DNA from: the human T2T-CHM13v2.0 reference genome, Homo sapiens
Length of the DNA stretch: 64,000 nt
Reading direction: 5' to 3' (one strand)
NCBI RefSeq assembly: GCF_009914755.1
Contig: NC_060926.1
The position numbers were made by a program, and so were the translations under genes. The notes beneath the pieces were generated by a model that worked only from the letters and a program-made list of their open reading frames with translations, made no database searches and was not told the origin of the DNA. Below are positions 1-14,449 of this stretch, piece after piece. How positions within the stretch are numbered: position 1 is the first letter of the stretch; the number at the start of each line of letters is the position of its first letter.

Positions 1-519
1 ACCCCACAGGTTCCCAGGTCCCTGCACCAGCCCAGGCCAGAGTGCTGCCAGCCCTGGACCAGGCTGAAAATATAGATAGCCCAGGCCATCTCCCCTTCCA
101 CATCCTAGCTGGAAGCCTCTGGGGTTGAACTTACAGGGGTGAGGGAGGAAGGGATGCGAGGACATTGTCTCCCCCTGCCCTTCCTTGGGCAACAACACTC
201 CTCTGTGAGGCTCACAGTTGAACTTCCACCCCACTCCCACATACACACACAGTGGTTCTGTGACTGAAGCAGAGCCAGTCCCTCCCAGAGAACATGAAAG
301 TTACAGTTAGGGGCACCAGCCCCCTTTATGTCCTGGATTGTGGAGATGTCTGAGCCCAGGCCCTAGCTCCCTGGAGGCACCTGGTAGGGCAAGGCCAGCC
401 CACAGAGGCCAGGACTCAGGTGACAGGCCTGCAGGCAATACACTCATGGCACCATCTCCAGCTTCCCAGAGCTTACCTCAAGTTCTTTGTATCAGCTGCC
501 TCAAGGTGTGCTGGCTGAG

Positions 520-568
520 GGCAAATCTCAGAGTCAGACTGCCTGGCTTTAAATCCTAGCTCTGCCAT
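520..568 (+). mobile_element. MIR fragment (5' part; interrupted by LTR insertions, resumes ~2857)
   Basis: gagtcagactgcctggctttaaatcctagctctgcca resembles the MIR 5' core; the continuation lies at 2857-2950. Confidence 0.65.
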
Positions 569-1065
569 TGTTGGAAATGGGAGTTCGGTGTGGCAAAATC
601 AACACTGAGACAAAGGATCTCTCAGCAAGGCTAGTTTAGTTTCTGCAGAAAGGGTGCCGCTCGCTAGCAGTCTTGCCATGAGAGCACACCTGAACAAAGG
701 AGATGGGGACATTTATAATCTTTGTAACCTGATGCAATCGTCCTATGGCTGTGTCCCATTTCCATTGGCCAGAATGGGACCTCACATTCTAAGCTTGACC
801 TGATTGGCTAACAGCTTGAAACTTTTCTAAATAGGTAAAGAGGAAAGAGGACAAAGGAAAGAGGAAGCTAGTCATGAGAGGGTCAGGAGGGTTTCCAAAT
901 AAGCTATGGCAGGCACTATGGTCCCGGGCTGCCTTAACCCTGTCCAGGCATGCCAGGTCAAGTCAGAGCAGCTGCACTGGAACATATATAGATATGCATA
1001 AAGCAAAGAAATGACAAGCTCTTTATGGTTTTAAGAAACTTTGAAGAACTTCTCTATTCCTCACA
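569..1065 (-). mobile_element. Solo ERV1-class LTR (possibly LTR19-like)
   Basis: TG...CA termini flanked by a perfect 5-bp TSD GCCAT (564-568 and 1066-1070); CCAAT (~767, ~808) and TATA-like (~715) motifs on the minus strand; subfamily uncertain. Confidence 0.75.
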
Positions 1066-1401
1066 GCCATGTTGGACATGTAAACCAAAAATAAAATTCT
1101 AAGCCCCCTAATCGACAGAATGGACCCCTCCTCTTGAACAAGGGGATTCTGAAGAAACCTAAAAAATTAGTTCAGGCCATGATGGGAAGGAGGGGTCAGA
1201 CATGCTGCATTATACCCTCCTCACTTTGGCATTCAAGCACAGCTCACCAGCATTAACATTAAAACAGAGATCATAAGACTGACAAAACAGGCTGTTTGTA
1301 CTAATAAGATGCCAAATTCCAACTGACTCTAGTATAGCATCACATGACGGTGGGCCCTGAAAGAAAGAGAAATATTTCACCCCAAAATATATTTCTTTGA
1401 G

Positions 1402-1681
<280 letters not shown>

Positions 1682-2103
1682 TTCTTTGACATATTTTGAA
1701 ATGGCCTTGCAAAGCTGTCTCTTGTGGGGAAAATCTACGTTCTGTAGATTTCCCTTTCCAGATCTTTTTCTGATCCAGGAGAGATTAACCAAGAGTCTGG
1801 CATCTTTTTAGGTCTGATAAGAAATACTTACCATCTATTTCTCTGAAGCCTGCTACGGGAGGCTTCATCTACATAAGAACATTTGTCTATACAACACCTT
1901 ATCTTATCCCAGACACTCCTTTCTATTCATTCCAGTTCGTTAGACAATAACTATTTCAACCAAATTGCCAATCAGAAAATCTTTGAATCTACCTATGATC
2001 CAGAAGCTCCTGCCTACCCTTCCCTGCTTCCAGTTATCCTGCCTTTCCAGACTGAACTAATGTACATGTATTGATTGGTGTCTGCCTGTAACTTCTGTCC
2101 CCC

Positions 2104-2703
2104 TGTTACCAAAAAGGGGTCCTGATCCAGACCCCAAGAGAGGGTTATTGGATCTCAAACAAGAAAGAATTCAAGAGGAATCCATTAGAGTAAAGTGAAG
2201 CAAGTATATTAGAGAAGTAAGGAAATAAAAGAATGGCTACTACGTAGGCAGAGCAGCCCCAAGGGCTGCTGGTTGGCCACTTTTATGGTCATTTCCTGAT
2301 TATATGCTAAACAAGGGGTTGATTATTCGTGAGTTTTCCAGGAAAAGGCTGGGCAATTCCTGGAACTGAGGGGTCCTCCCATTTTTAGATCACATAGGAT
2401 AACTTGCTGTCTTTGCCATGACATTTGTAAACTGTCATGGCACTGGTGAGAGTGTCTTTTAGCAACAGATACATTATAACTAGTGCGTAATGAACAGTGA
2501 GGATGAACAGAGAACACTTTCGTCGCTATCTTGGTTTTGGCCGGCTTCTTAATGGCATCCTTTTAACGGCAAGCTCTTTGTGACCTGTACCTGTGCCAAC
2601 CTTCTATGTCATCCTGTGACTTAGAATGCCTAACCTCCTGGGAATGTAGCCCAGTAGGTCTTAGCCTCAAGATGGAGTTGCTCTGGTTCAAACGCCTCTG
2701 ACA
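2104..2703 (-). mobile_element. MER41 (MER41B-like) solo LTR nested in MER4
   Basis: Minus strand begins tgtcagaggcgtttgaaccagagcaactccatcttg (MER41 5' end); other end reads tgttacc...ggggtcctgatccagaccccaagagaggg on the + strand; TSD cccc at 2100-2103 and 2704-2707. Confidence 0.88.
2336..2365. promoter_or_regulatory. Tandem GAS (STAT) motifs within MER41
   Basis: TTCCAGGAA (2336-2344) and TTCCTGGAA (2357-2365), both TTCN3GAA. Confidence 0.6.
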
Positions 2704-2856
2704 CCCCTAAAATTTATAAAAATCGAGCTGTAATCCAACCACCTTGGCACATGTTCTCAGGACCTCTTGAGGCTGTGACTCAGGCCTTCGTCACTCATAT
2801 TTGGCTCTGAATAAAATCTCTTCAAATATTTTACAGTTTGACCTTTTTTGCCAACA

Positions 2857-2950
2857 GACTACTTAACTTCTGTGTCAGTTTCCTCATCTATAAAATGGGG
2901 ATAATACCTGTTTCATGGGGTTATTGTTTGGATTAATTGAGTTAATAAAC
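2857..2950 (+). mobile_element. MIR fragment (continuation)
   Basis: tacttaacttctgtgtcagtttcctcatctataaaatggggataata is the MIR core. Confidence 0.8.
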
Positions 2951-3519
2951 TAGGAAGTCCTAAATAAGTCTTAGTGAAAGAATTAGGCAGCCTCATGAAA
3001 TGGAGCTAGAAATGACTTCATTCATCCACAGCGGTGGAATTTGGGCCTACGTGGGCCAATGTGTGGTGCAATCCATTCTGCAGACAGTGACGCTTATGAG
3101 TAAGACAAGTGCTCACGCCATTCCGGCTGCACCTTCACACACTGCAATCTTCAAGCCCTTATCTCCTCTCACCAGGACTCATGCCGCCAGCGCATGCAAT
3201 CTCTATCCAGCAGATGTGTTTTAATCACCTGCATGTTCCAGGATGGGAAAGGGGGTGGCAGGAGGTGACGCTGGAGGAAGAAGGAAGAGGAGGGCTGAGG
3301 AGCTGAGCTTAGTCAGGGAAACAGGCCATGACAATAAGGAAGAGGGAAGTGCAGGGCTCCAAGGAAGACACAGAGGGCACCTGCACTGCCCCACCCCACC
3401 CCCAGGCTTTGAGGCCTATCAGAAGTTGGTGTCTTAGCTTAGGAAAACTTGAGAGTTAGCCGGGCAAAAAAGGGAGAGACATGGTCCCAAACACAAGAAA
3501 TAACACAAGTTGTGTTCTT

Positions 3520-3810
3520 TCTTTTTTCTTTTTTTTCTGGAAACAGTCTTGCTGTGTCACCCAGACTGGAGTGCAGTGTCAGCTCACTGCAACCTCCGCC
3601 TCCTGGGTTCAAGCAATTCTCCTGCCTCAGCGTTCCAAATAGCTGGGATTACAAGGGCGCACCACCACACCCGGCTTTTTTGTATTTTTAGTAGAGATGG
3701 GGTTTTGCCATGTTGGCCAGGCTGGTCTTGAACTCCTGACCTCAGGTGATCTGTCTGCCTCGGCCTCCCAAAGTGCTGGGATTACAGGCCTGAGCCACTG
3801 CGCCCGGCTG
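3520..3810 (-). mobile_element. AluS
   Basis: Antisense Alu; TSD agttgtgttctt at 3508-3519 and 3811-3822. Confidence 0.95.
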
Positions 3811-3871
3811 AGTTGTGTTCTTGACCAGTTTTCCTGACTCCATTCCCACCGACTCACTTAGAGCCAAAGCC

Positions 3872-4170
3872 TTTATTATTATTATGGGGACAGGGTCTGC
3901 CCTGTCACCCAAGCTGGAGTGCAGTGGTGCGATCACGGCTCACTGCAGCCTCAACCTCCTGGGCTCAGGTGATCCTCCCATCCCAGCCTCCTGAGTAGCT
4001 GGGACTACAGGCGCGCGCCACCACGCGGCTAATTTTTTTTTTCTTTTTTTGTAGCGATGGGGTCTTGCCACCATCAGGAGGCTGGTCTTAAACTCTTGGG
4101 CTCATGGGATCCTCCCACTTTGGCCTCCCAAAGTGCTAGGATTACAGGCGTGAGCCACCGGGCCCGCCAG
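3872..4170 (-). mobile_element. AluJ-like element
   Basis: Antisense Alu body with J-type gctcactgcagcctcaacctcctgggctcagg. Confidence 0.9.
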
Positions 4171-4499
4171 CCTCCTTTAGGAAGAAAACCTGATAGTCAC
4201 TCCACTGTTAGAAACCTCTCAGTGGGGTTTTTCGAAATGAAAGTCTAACTCCTTGTCTCTTTCTGACCGTTTCCATGCTGAACCTCATCTTTCTAATGGC
4301 CCACTCCTCCAGGGGCCTGCCTGACGCCCAGGACGGCCCCTCGTCAATCACACAGGACGCTAATGGGCGCGGGATGAATCTGGGCGCCCAAAAGAGGACA
4401 AGTTGAAATGGATTTTTAAGGTACTTTAAACACATTTAAGAGAGAAAAGAAGGAATAAAAGGGACATGACAAGAACAGTGGGGCCTGTGGGCGCAGCAC

Positions 4500-5700
4500 A
4501 CGGTTTGGGGTTGGTCGTGGCTTGCGTGTCTGACCGCCCGGTCTCCCTCACCGCCTGCACTGCAGGCTGCGGGGGCCTGTCCAGTCCTTTGCACTCCAGG
4601 TGCGGCGCTGGACAGCGGGAGCTCCAGCCACGGAGGCCGCTCCTTCAGGGAAGGATAGCCCGGGCTCCTCCGTGCCCCTAAACCCTGCAGACCACGAAGT
4701 GAACCCGTGTTGGAACCAGGTGCAAAACCCCCAGCCCTCCGGCGCTCGGGCTCCAGAGCCAACTCGGAATCCCCGCCCCTAACGCTACTCGCCAATCAGC
4801 GGCGGTTGCGAAATCCGTGCCCGCCCCCTGGCCGCGCCCTCTGCCAATGATCGAGGTCCGAGAGGCCCGTCGCCCAGCCCAGTCCCGATCGGCGCACGCC
4901 GCTGTTCGCGTGTCTGGTTCCAAATAAAGTTTTTCGCGACTTTGAATTTTTTTTTTAAAGCGCCCGCTGCTGTCTCGGCTGCCGCGGGCGAGAGCGGCCG
5001 AGTCCCCGCCCCGCCACTTCCGGTCCCGCCGCCGGGAGCCGGTGCGGCTGTGAGGGGCCGCGTCTCGCAGCAGCCGCCCGGACCGGGCATGGTGTTGGGC
5101 GCCGGGCCCGCCTCGCCTGTCTCGGGGAGCCCAGGTGAGGAGCGACCGTGCGGCTCTGCGGCGGGGCGAGGTGCGGCCGCCGGTGCACGGGCTGGCCTGC
5201 GGGCCGGGCGGAGGGCGCGGGCGGTGGCGGGGCCGCCTCGGGCCCGCCGGGTTCCTCACGCCGGGGGCCGGGCGGGCGCGGGCACCCGGACGCGAGGCCG
5301 AGCGGCGTGAATGGGAAGGGGCCGCGGGCCGCGGGCCGCGAGCCGGGGGTCGGAGGCGGCGTCGGCGGCCGGGGCGCTGGCCTCGCCCGGCAGTGAGTGA
5401 CCGCGGCGGCGGCGGCGGGGGACGGCCCGCGCCGAGCACCTGGTGTGAACCAGGCCCTGGGCCGAGCGTGGCACAGACCTGGCCGCGCTCACGCCCCACT
5501 CGCGGGATCGGCTGCCTGCCTTGTACGGAGGAAGCGGGGCGTCCAGCGCCTGGCCAAGGTCACCGGCCCGACGTGGCCGCAGAAACCGGGACTGGACTCC
5601 CGATCGGGGCAGGAGTCGCGCTAGGCCGTGAGGAGCGGGGGAGGTGAGGGGAGTGACAACTCGCGCCCGGTCCTCGTACCTGCAGCGGGAAGAGTAAGTA
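4500..5700. promoter_or_regulatory. UBE2F: CpG island / UBE2F promoter
   Basis: Very GC- and CpG-rich; GC boxes (4771-4780, 5004-5015), CCAAT boxes (4792-4796, 4844-4848), ETS/GABP motif ACTTCCGG (5016-5023), no TATA. Confidence 0.9.
5020..5134 (+). other. UBE2F: UBE2F exon 1 (5' UTR; start approximate)
   Basis: Within the CpG island at and downstream of the ETS/GC boxes; consensus donor CAG|gtgagg at 5134/5135. Confidence 0.8.
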
Positions 5701-5799
5701 TGGACGCTTACCTACAACTGGGGGCGGCCAGGCTAGTTTGGAAAATTTTTACCACAGCAAAGGAGACGAGGAAGGAAGGGCATCTTGGAACAATTAGTG

Positions 5800-5895
5800 C
5801 AGCAGAGTCTTGGTTCCAGACCTAGTTCTGCTGGTGTGTCATCTTGGGTGTGGCCTTCCCCTCCCTGGGCTCAGTTTCCTCATCTGTCACAGGAG
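5800..5895 (+). mobile_element. MIR fragment
   Basis: ctgggctcagtttcctcatctgt MIR core. Confidence 0.65.
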
Positions 5896-8084
5896 AGAAT
5901 TGGGCCCCCCCACTCTGCATTCCCGACCGCCTGGAAGTGGGGGCAGGATGGGTTGGAATAGCCAGAGAAAGCTTCTTGGAGGAGGAGATGTTGGGATGTA
6001 GGTAGGAATCTTCCCCTTAAGGAAGGGGTAGGATTCGTTTGTGAAGGGAAGGAGGGCATTCTAGACCTGGGTATCAGACTGAATAGAAGCTTCTGGAAAT
6101 GAACAGGGTGTTGTGAAGGAACAAAGAGGAAACTGGCCTGCCTGGTGCAGAGGAATCCTGGCTGAGGAGTGAGATGAAGGCAAGGGGGAGCATAGAGGTG
6201 GGAGAGAGAGAGAGATTGAGAGACAGAATCACACCAAGCTTAGTGCTGTGGGGCTTGAGGACCCCCCACCTGGACATACCTGCCTTTCAGGTAGTAGGCA
6301 GTGCAGGAAGGGGCAGGTTTACTGCTGAACGTAAAAGGGGCTGGGCTCCAAAGATGGTCGGTCAACCAGCGTACTCCTGTGCCGAGCGGGAGGTTCCTGG
6401 GCACTGGCATTCTGTAGAAGAGTGGGATGTGGACTTTGTTGTGCCCTGATCGGGGCCCCTTTGGCTGGGGAAGTTGAGTGTCCCCTAGTGACCCGCAGTC
6501 CCATCCTTTATGCTTGGATTGAGACGTCTCCATTCGGAAGGAATTGTAAATAAGTAGCCCCCTCACCTTGAGCTGACTGGCCCCTGGTGTCCCTGCACAA
6601 GTGACATGGCCTGGTTTTGCCATTGCTTGCAGGGATGCTGAGTAAATATCACTTGATGGCACTAGTAAGTTGCACACCAGATGCTCTTCTCCGGGCTGTC
6701 TGAAAGCAGGTCCCACCCAGAGGAGGAACCTAACTGGGCCAATTACAACTTGTGGAATTTAGAAACTGAGAATGCTGTTCAGAACAGCTGATCTGTTACC
6801 GAAATGCTGCCTTAGAGCGTAATTTGCAGGAAAGAGGAAGTTTTGTTTTAAACCAGATCTTCAAGAGTTGAAGCATATTGAAGAAGGAAAAGAATTCTGA
6901 AGCAACTGCAGGTATTCAGCTAGCCTCTTGACAGTTTGAAGACTTACTTTTTGATAGAATCCTTTGGTTTAAATTTAATTTTACAGCTATGGCAACATTC
7001 CCAAATTAGGCCTTGGGTTTATTCTTAAAGTGGCGTGTGAAAATGATACACACGATAGAAAAATAGATGGTCACTATATTAGATTTCTTAGAATGTTAGG
7101 GAAGTACATTTTTTATTACTTTCTATGGAAAACAAAGCACCAGTGTTACATTCTTTTATATCTTGCAAGTCACAGACTTGAAGATAGTAAACCAGCAATC
7201 TGACTCTTCAGTGGAATTGAATGTTGGAGCGTCTTCTGCCCACAGAGAAGACTTCATCGTGGTGTGATTGGGGGTATAAAAGCGTTAAGCGTAGCCTGCG
7301 GGCTGTAGTGGTGCAGAAGAGTTTCTTGGTGGTTGGCCTTTGAGTGCATGAAGGATCTCTCTCCCCAGGCTTCCCTGAGCCTCCTTCAGGGAGCTGCATG
7401 TGGCCCTGGTGCTTGCTGTTCTGTGGGACTCTTCATTCTGACTTTCCTAGGTTACTGCCTGCTGAACTCATGTTCAAGCAGTTGTGCTTTTATTTTTCAC
7501 TCTTTGCTTCATTTGCATTCCCAAGGTCAGCCAGAGACCTGGTAGTCCTTGTGTAGGGCATCTGGTGCGTCCAGCTGACCCCCAGGTGATGGATGGATGC
7601 ACGTCTTGGTCCATTATTGGGTGACTCTGACGATGTGGCAGGACTGATGTGCTCGAGTCTGCACACGGGGCAGCAGACTTGGCTGGGAAGGGAGACACTG
7701 TTCCATGACAAGGAATCCTTGTGAGGGATTTTTGACAAGATCATTCCAGGTAGGGGCTGAAGCAGGAGAGCTTGGCTCTAGATGGTGCTGCTGTCTGTGG
7801 TAGCTAAAGCCCCTACAGGTGTTTGTGACTATTTGCCTGTGAAGTAACTTCATCAGCTGAACCCAGCTGCTTTGCTCTGGGCGAAGCTGTGAAGATGTGC
7901 TCTTATGGAGGGCCACCTGAGGAGATGGCACAGTAGCGTAACAATGAAGAAACTAATGTTGGTTTATTTTCACATTTTTGTCAACTTTATTGAGGCGTAA
8001 TTGAAATACACTAAATTGCCCATATTTAAATTGTGTAATTGATCAGTCTGAAACCATGACCACACTCGAGATAAAAACATTTCC

Positions 8085-8392
8085 TGCCCGGCATGGTGGC
8101 TCACGTCTGTAGTCCCAGCACTTTGGGAGGCTGAGGCAGGTGGATTGCTTCAGCTCAGGAATTCAAGACCAGCCCGGGTAACATGGTGAAACCCTGTCTC
8201 TACAAAAAAAATTAAAATTAGCTGGACATGATGGTGCCTGCCTGTAGTCCTAGCTGCTTTAGGAGGTGGAGGGTGCTGAGGTGGGAGGATCTCTTGAACC
8301 TGGGAGTTTGAGCCTGCACTGAGCTCAAGTCACGCCACTGCACTCCAGCCTGGGCTACAGAGCAAGACCTGTCTCAAAAAACAAACAAAAAA
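8085..8392 (+). mobile_element. Alu (J-like)
   Basis: Sense Alu with A-tail; TSD aaaaacattt. Confidence 0.92.
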
Positions 8393-8718
8393 CATTTTTG
8401 TCATCCACAAGAGGGAAACTAGTGTGTCTGTGGTGACAGCTTCTAGCAGCTGAGTGGCTTTGGGCAGCCTACCTTCTGGGCCTCTGTTGTCCTGGGGTCC
8501 ACATGTTAAAATGGAATGGGAGTGGGAGAAGTCCATTCCAACTTTGCAATTCTGAGAGCTTATGACCGTGAAAGTGCAGAGCTGTCTTTGAAACCTTTAG
8601 ACCAGTGCTTCTTAAGGGGTTTAGGGTATGTGTATGTCCGTGTCCTCTAGTGGAAAAGACTATGCAGTTCAGAAGATCGTATTCTATGTATTGTTTTCGT
8701 TTTGAAAAAATTCTTTAA

Positions 8719-9053
<335 letters not shown>

Positions 9054-9307
9054 TGACAGCATTTAGGGGATATGCAGAAGATGGTGTGAGAAACTGTGTA
9101 AGAGACCTGGGTGAAAAATGGTTTCAAATGCCAATGAGGAACGGAGTATTCTTATTTGACTTTCAGGATCTTAGCCTCAACCTAAAATTTCTGTGCTTAG
9201 GTCAAGCTTTTCACATGGAATTTTTAGATCATTTTCTGTTGAAACGATCAGAGTGGTATTGAAATAAAATGATACGAAAGCAACAAAGGAAATTATGGAA
9301 ATATTGA

Positions 9308-9623
<316 letters not shown>

Positions 9624-9769
9624 CTGGTGACAAATATTTGTCCTCAGTCAAAAGAAGTTCCAGTGACCCTCTCTGACCATGGCAAGGAGGACGATTAATG
9701 TCAGTTTATGTTAGAAACAGAAGGCAGAGTCTAGAGGATAGTTACTTTGTTACAATGTTACAATTAGTG

Positions 9770-9975
9770 GGATCATAATGTAAGCTGTGGACTTTGAGTT
9801 ATAATGTGTTAATAATGTGGGTTCATTAATTGTAACAAATGTACCCTCTGGTGGGAGATGTTGGTAATAGGGGAAGGATGTGCATGTGTTGGGGCAGGGG
9901 ACGTATGGGAAATCTCTGTACCTTCCTGTTAATTTTACTGTATACTTAAAACTGCCATTAAAAAATAAAATCTTA
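9770..9975 (+). mobile_element. L1MC-type 3' end fragment
   Basis: gttcattaattgtaacaaatgtaccctctggtgggagatgttg...atgggaaatctctgtacctt...aaaaataaa is typical of L1MC 3' ends. Confidence 0.75.
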
Positions 9976-10553
9976 AACAAATTGTGGCATTTCTTCAACC
10001 GTCTCCCAGATAGCAAGGGGCATCACCTGTGTTTGGTCTTTGTTGTCCCTACTAGTGAGCTTGCAGCAGGGGAACCTGCAACACAGATGGGGTGGAAGCC
10101 ACCAATGAACATAATCTACTTTGGGACATTAATTTTAATTTAGTCTTGATGTTGAAATTGCCAAAAAATATAAATAAAACACAAATGTAAGTAAATGCAA
10201 CACAGCATGAATAAATGAGAAGATGCTTATTAAGGCTCTATCCACACCTTTATTAAAAGAGGAAGGAGAGCAAAGAGTGGTGCTCCTCTTCCACCAGAGG
10301 CTGTGCTGCTTCAGTTGGTGATGGGCCAGAACCTGGGACCGTACCATGTGTGTGCATGATCCCCTGCAGCAGGGAAGGGCCAACTTACCAGTGGGCAGTA
10401 ATGGACTCATGTGGAACCCATTGGTGAGGGCATGCTGGTTGAGAAACTGTGGAGGCCACCCTAGACCTTGTGTTCCACGGGAGCTTTGTCACAACCACAT
10501 CCCAGGACCTGGCACCCAGTGAGTGTGAAATGCATGACTCTTTTTAATTTTAA

Positions 10554-10864
<311 letters not shown>

Positions 10865-11118
10865 TGACTCTCTTTTTTAAAAAATGTTAATTCATAATTT
10901 TAAAAGTTAGGCTTATAGAGGATGGCATAGAGCTTCTCAAATGTATTATGAAGGAATCCAATCTTATTAATGTGTACAAATTTTTTCCATAACTAAATTG
11001 TGGGAAAAAATCAAAATACAAAAGCACTTATACATTTTTCTCAGTGTCTAATTAGTCTCTGGAGACCTGGTCCTTAACCCTGCTTTCATTGCTGTCTTTC
11101 AGGGTAAAGGCAGCAGTA

Positions 11119-11236
11119 ATGCTAACGCTAGCAAGTAAACTGAAGCGTGACGATGGTCTCAAAGGGTCCCGGACGGCAGCCACAGCGTCCGACTCGACTC
11201 GGAGGGTTTCTGTGAGAGACAAATTGCTTGTTAAAG
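11119..11236 (+). CDS. UBE2F: UBE2F exon 2 coding part (aa 1-39 [39 protein letters not shown]; whole exon 11103-11236)
   Basis: Recognisable UBE2F N-terminus; acceptor tctttcag| at 11102, donor AAG|gtaatg at 11236; phase 1. Confidence 0.97.
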
Positions 11237-12002
11237 GTAATGATCATTCGTGTGAACTGTTTTTATATCCTATAACAAAAGGAAGTTTGACTGGAGAGTC
11301 TTTGGGGATATAAAGCAACCTACTGCTGAATAGAAATACCTGTTTAAAAGATTTTAAAATATAATTGCTTATCTCTTATAGTGAAGGACATTGTACCACG
11401 CAGGTGATATGAGCACACTGTTGCAAGGAGATGGTATTAGAAACTGCAGTGTGTCTTATACACTTGGGATGTTCTTTGTCACGTCTGCCAAAATGCTAGC
11501 AGAAAGAATAAGGTGCTGAGAGTCAGCAAAGCCTAAGACTGGTTTCAGAGCTGCCATTATCTTCCTTTCTTTCTGATTCTCAGCACCATAGTTTCTGCTC
11601 TGTAAAGGGGAAGGAGTCAAATTTTGTAATCTCTTAGGATCTTTTCCTGTTTTATTCAGGTCAAAGCCTACGGCGAATCTTGTGAAAAATTAGTTCTCTT
11701 CACGGAATTAATAACATATAGTGTTCTAGAGTTTTCGTGACTTCTGCTATCCATGTTGGTGAGGAGAAACTTTATCCTTGGAGAAGGGTTGGTAAAATGT
11801 ATGAGAGTATGCGTGCATGCAGATATGCATTCATTTGTATGTTTGAGCATAAATTTTGCATTTATTCATTTAGCAAACTCTTAAAATTTTCAAGTGCTTT
11901 GAAGTCGGTTTCTTGGGGGTCATAAGACCTATAAAAGATGAAGAAACAGTTGCAACCTTTAAGGAGATTATAATTTGCTTATTTATAATAAAGTTAACTT
12001 TG

Positions 12003-13441
<1,439 letters not shown>

Positions 13442-13678
13442 TAGAGCAGCTAGAAAGCAAAGGGTTGATTAGTGTATTCGAACTCCCTGTTTTCATGTTG
13501 TATTAGGTTGACAACATGGAGATTGCAGGCATTTACGTGTCCTGAAGAATCTAACAGCAGAAGAGCTGGTGTATGTAAATGTGCTGTGCTTGGCCTTCCC
13601 AGACACAAATCACTGTTAAACTGGGGAAGGAATGGGAACTGTGAGGGCACTGGGTTTGTGGGGACTTAACAGTGTCCT

Positions 13679-13947
13679 CTTTTTCTTTTTTAAGACAGAA
13701 TGCAGTGGCATGATCTCGGCCCACTGCAACCTTCACCTCCTGGGTTCAAGCGATTCTCATGCCTCAGTCTCCTGAGTAGCTGGAATTACAGGCACACACT
13801 ACCACGCCCAGCCAATTTTTGTATTTTTAGTAGAGACGGGGTTTCAACATGTTGGCCAGGCTGGTCTCAAACTCCTGACCTCAAGTGATTGCCTGCCTTG
13901 ACCTCCCAAAGTGCTGGACTAACAGGCATGAGCCACTGTGCCTGGCC
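13679..13947 (-). mobile_element. AluS with small internal deletion
   Basis: Antisense Alu body. Confidence 0.9.
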
Positions 13948-14449
13948 TGTACTCTTTTTCTTACTCTCCTTCTGCCCCTGAGTTTGGACTTAGTTTTGGA
14001 TTATCCAGCCTGATGATTGGTTGAAAGTGGAGTGAGAATGGTATTTCACATTTTGGCCTTACCTACTAAGCCTGGGAGAATAGTAGATTGTATTCAGCGT
14101 CTGTTGTGCTGGAGGCTTTACCCTAAGAGGCCCAGAGGGCGGGGCAAGAGCTGGAGCACCTTACTTGGGTGTGCCTGATAGGACTTGAGTGTCTTCTCAG
14201 ATTCTGGGCTCCATCTGCAGCACAAGCCAGGAAAATGGTGTGTTGTTGCTGTACTTGGAGTAGACAGTGAGTGCTTCAGTGCCTGAGGAGTTGCAGCAAG
14301 GAGGGCCTGGATGTCAGCTGAGGAGGAGTGGGTAGAAGCTGACAAACAGACTGTCCCATCTTCTTTACCCAATCATTGTCATGGTTAATAGTAGCTAATA
14401 GGAGCTTTTGTATACTGAGCACTTAGGGCCAGGCCCTCTGTTGGGCACC

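Noticed and set aside
4225-4246. IRF/ISRE-like cgaaatgaaagt upstream of the promoter
   Set aside because: Half-site spacing is one base short of canonical GAAANNGAAA; likely chance
4678-5647. Long ORFs on both strands over the CpG island (273 aa minus, 170 aa plus, etc.)
   Set aside because: Arg/Gly/Pro/Ala-rich low-complexity translations expected from stop-poor GC-rich DNA; mostly non-ATG starts; no recognisable domain
11100-11110. Recursive-splice-like donor (AGG|gtaaag) regenerated at the exon 1/2 junction
   Set aside because: Weak donor, 1 nt off the junction; no supporting evidence from sequence alone
11089-11313. 74-aa ORF as a stand-alone gene
   Set aside because: It is UBE2F exon 2 read through into flanking intron; only 11119-11236 is coding
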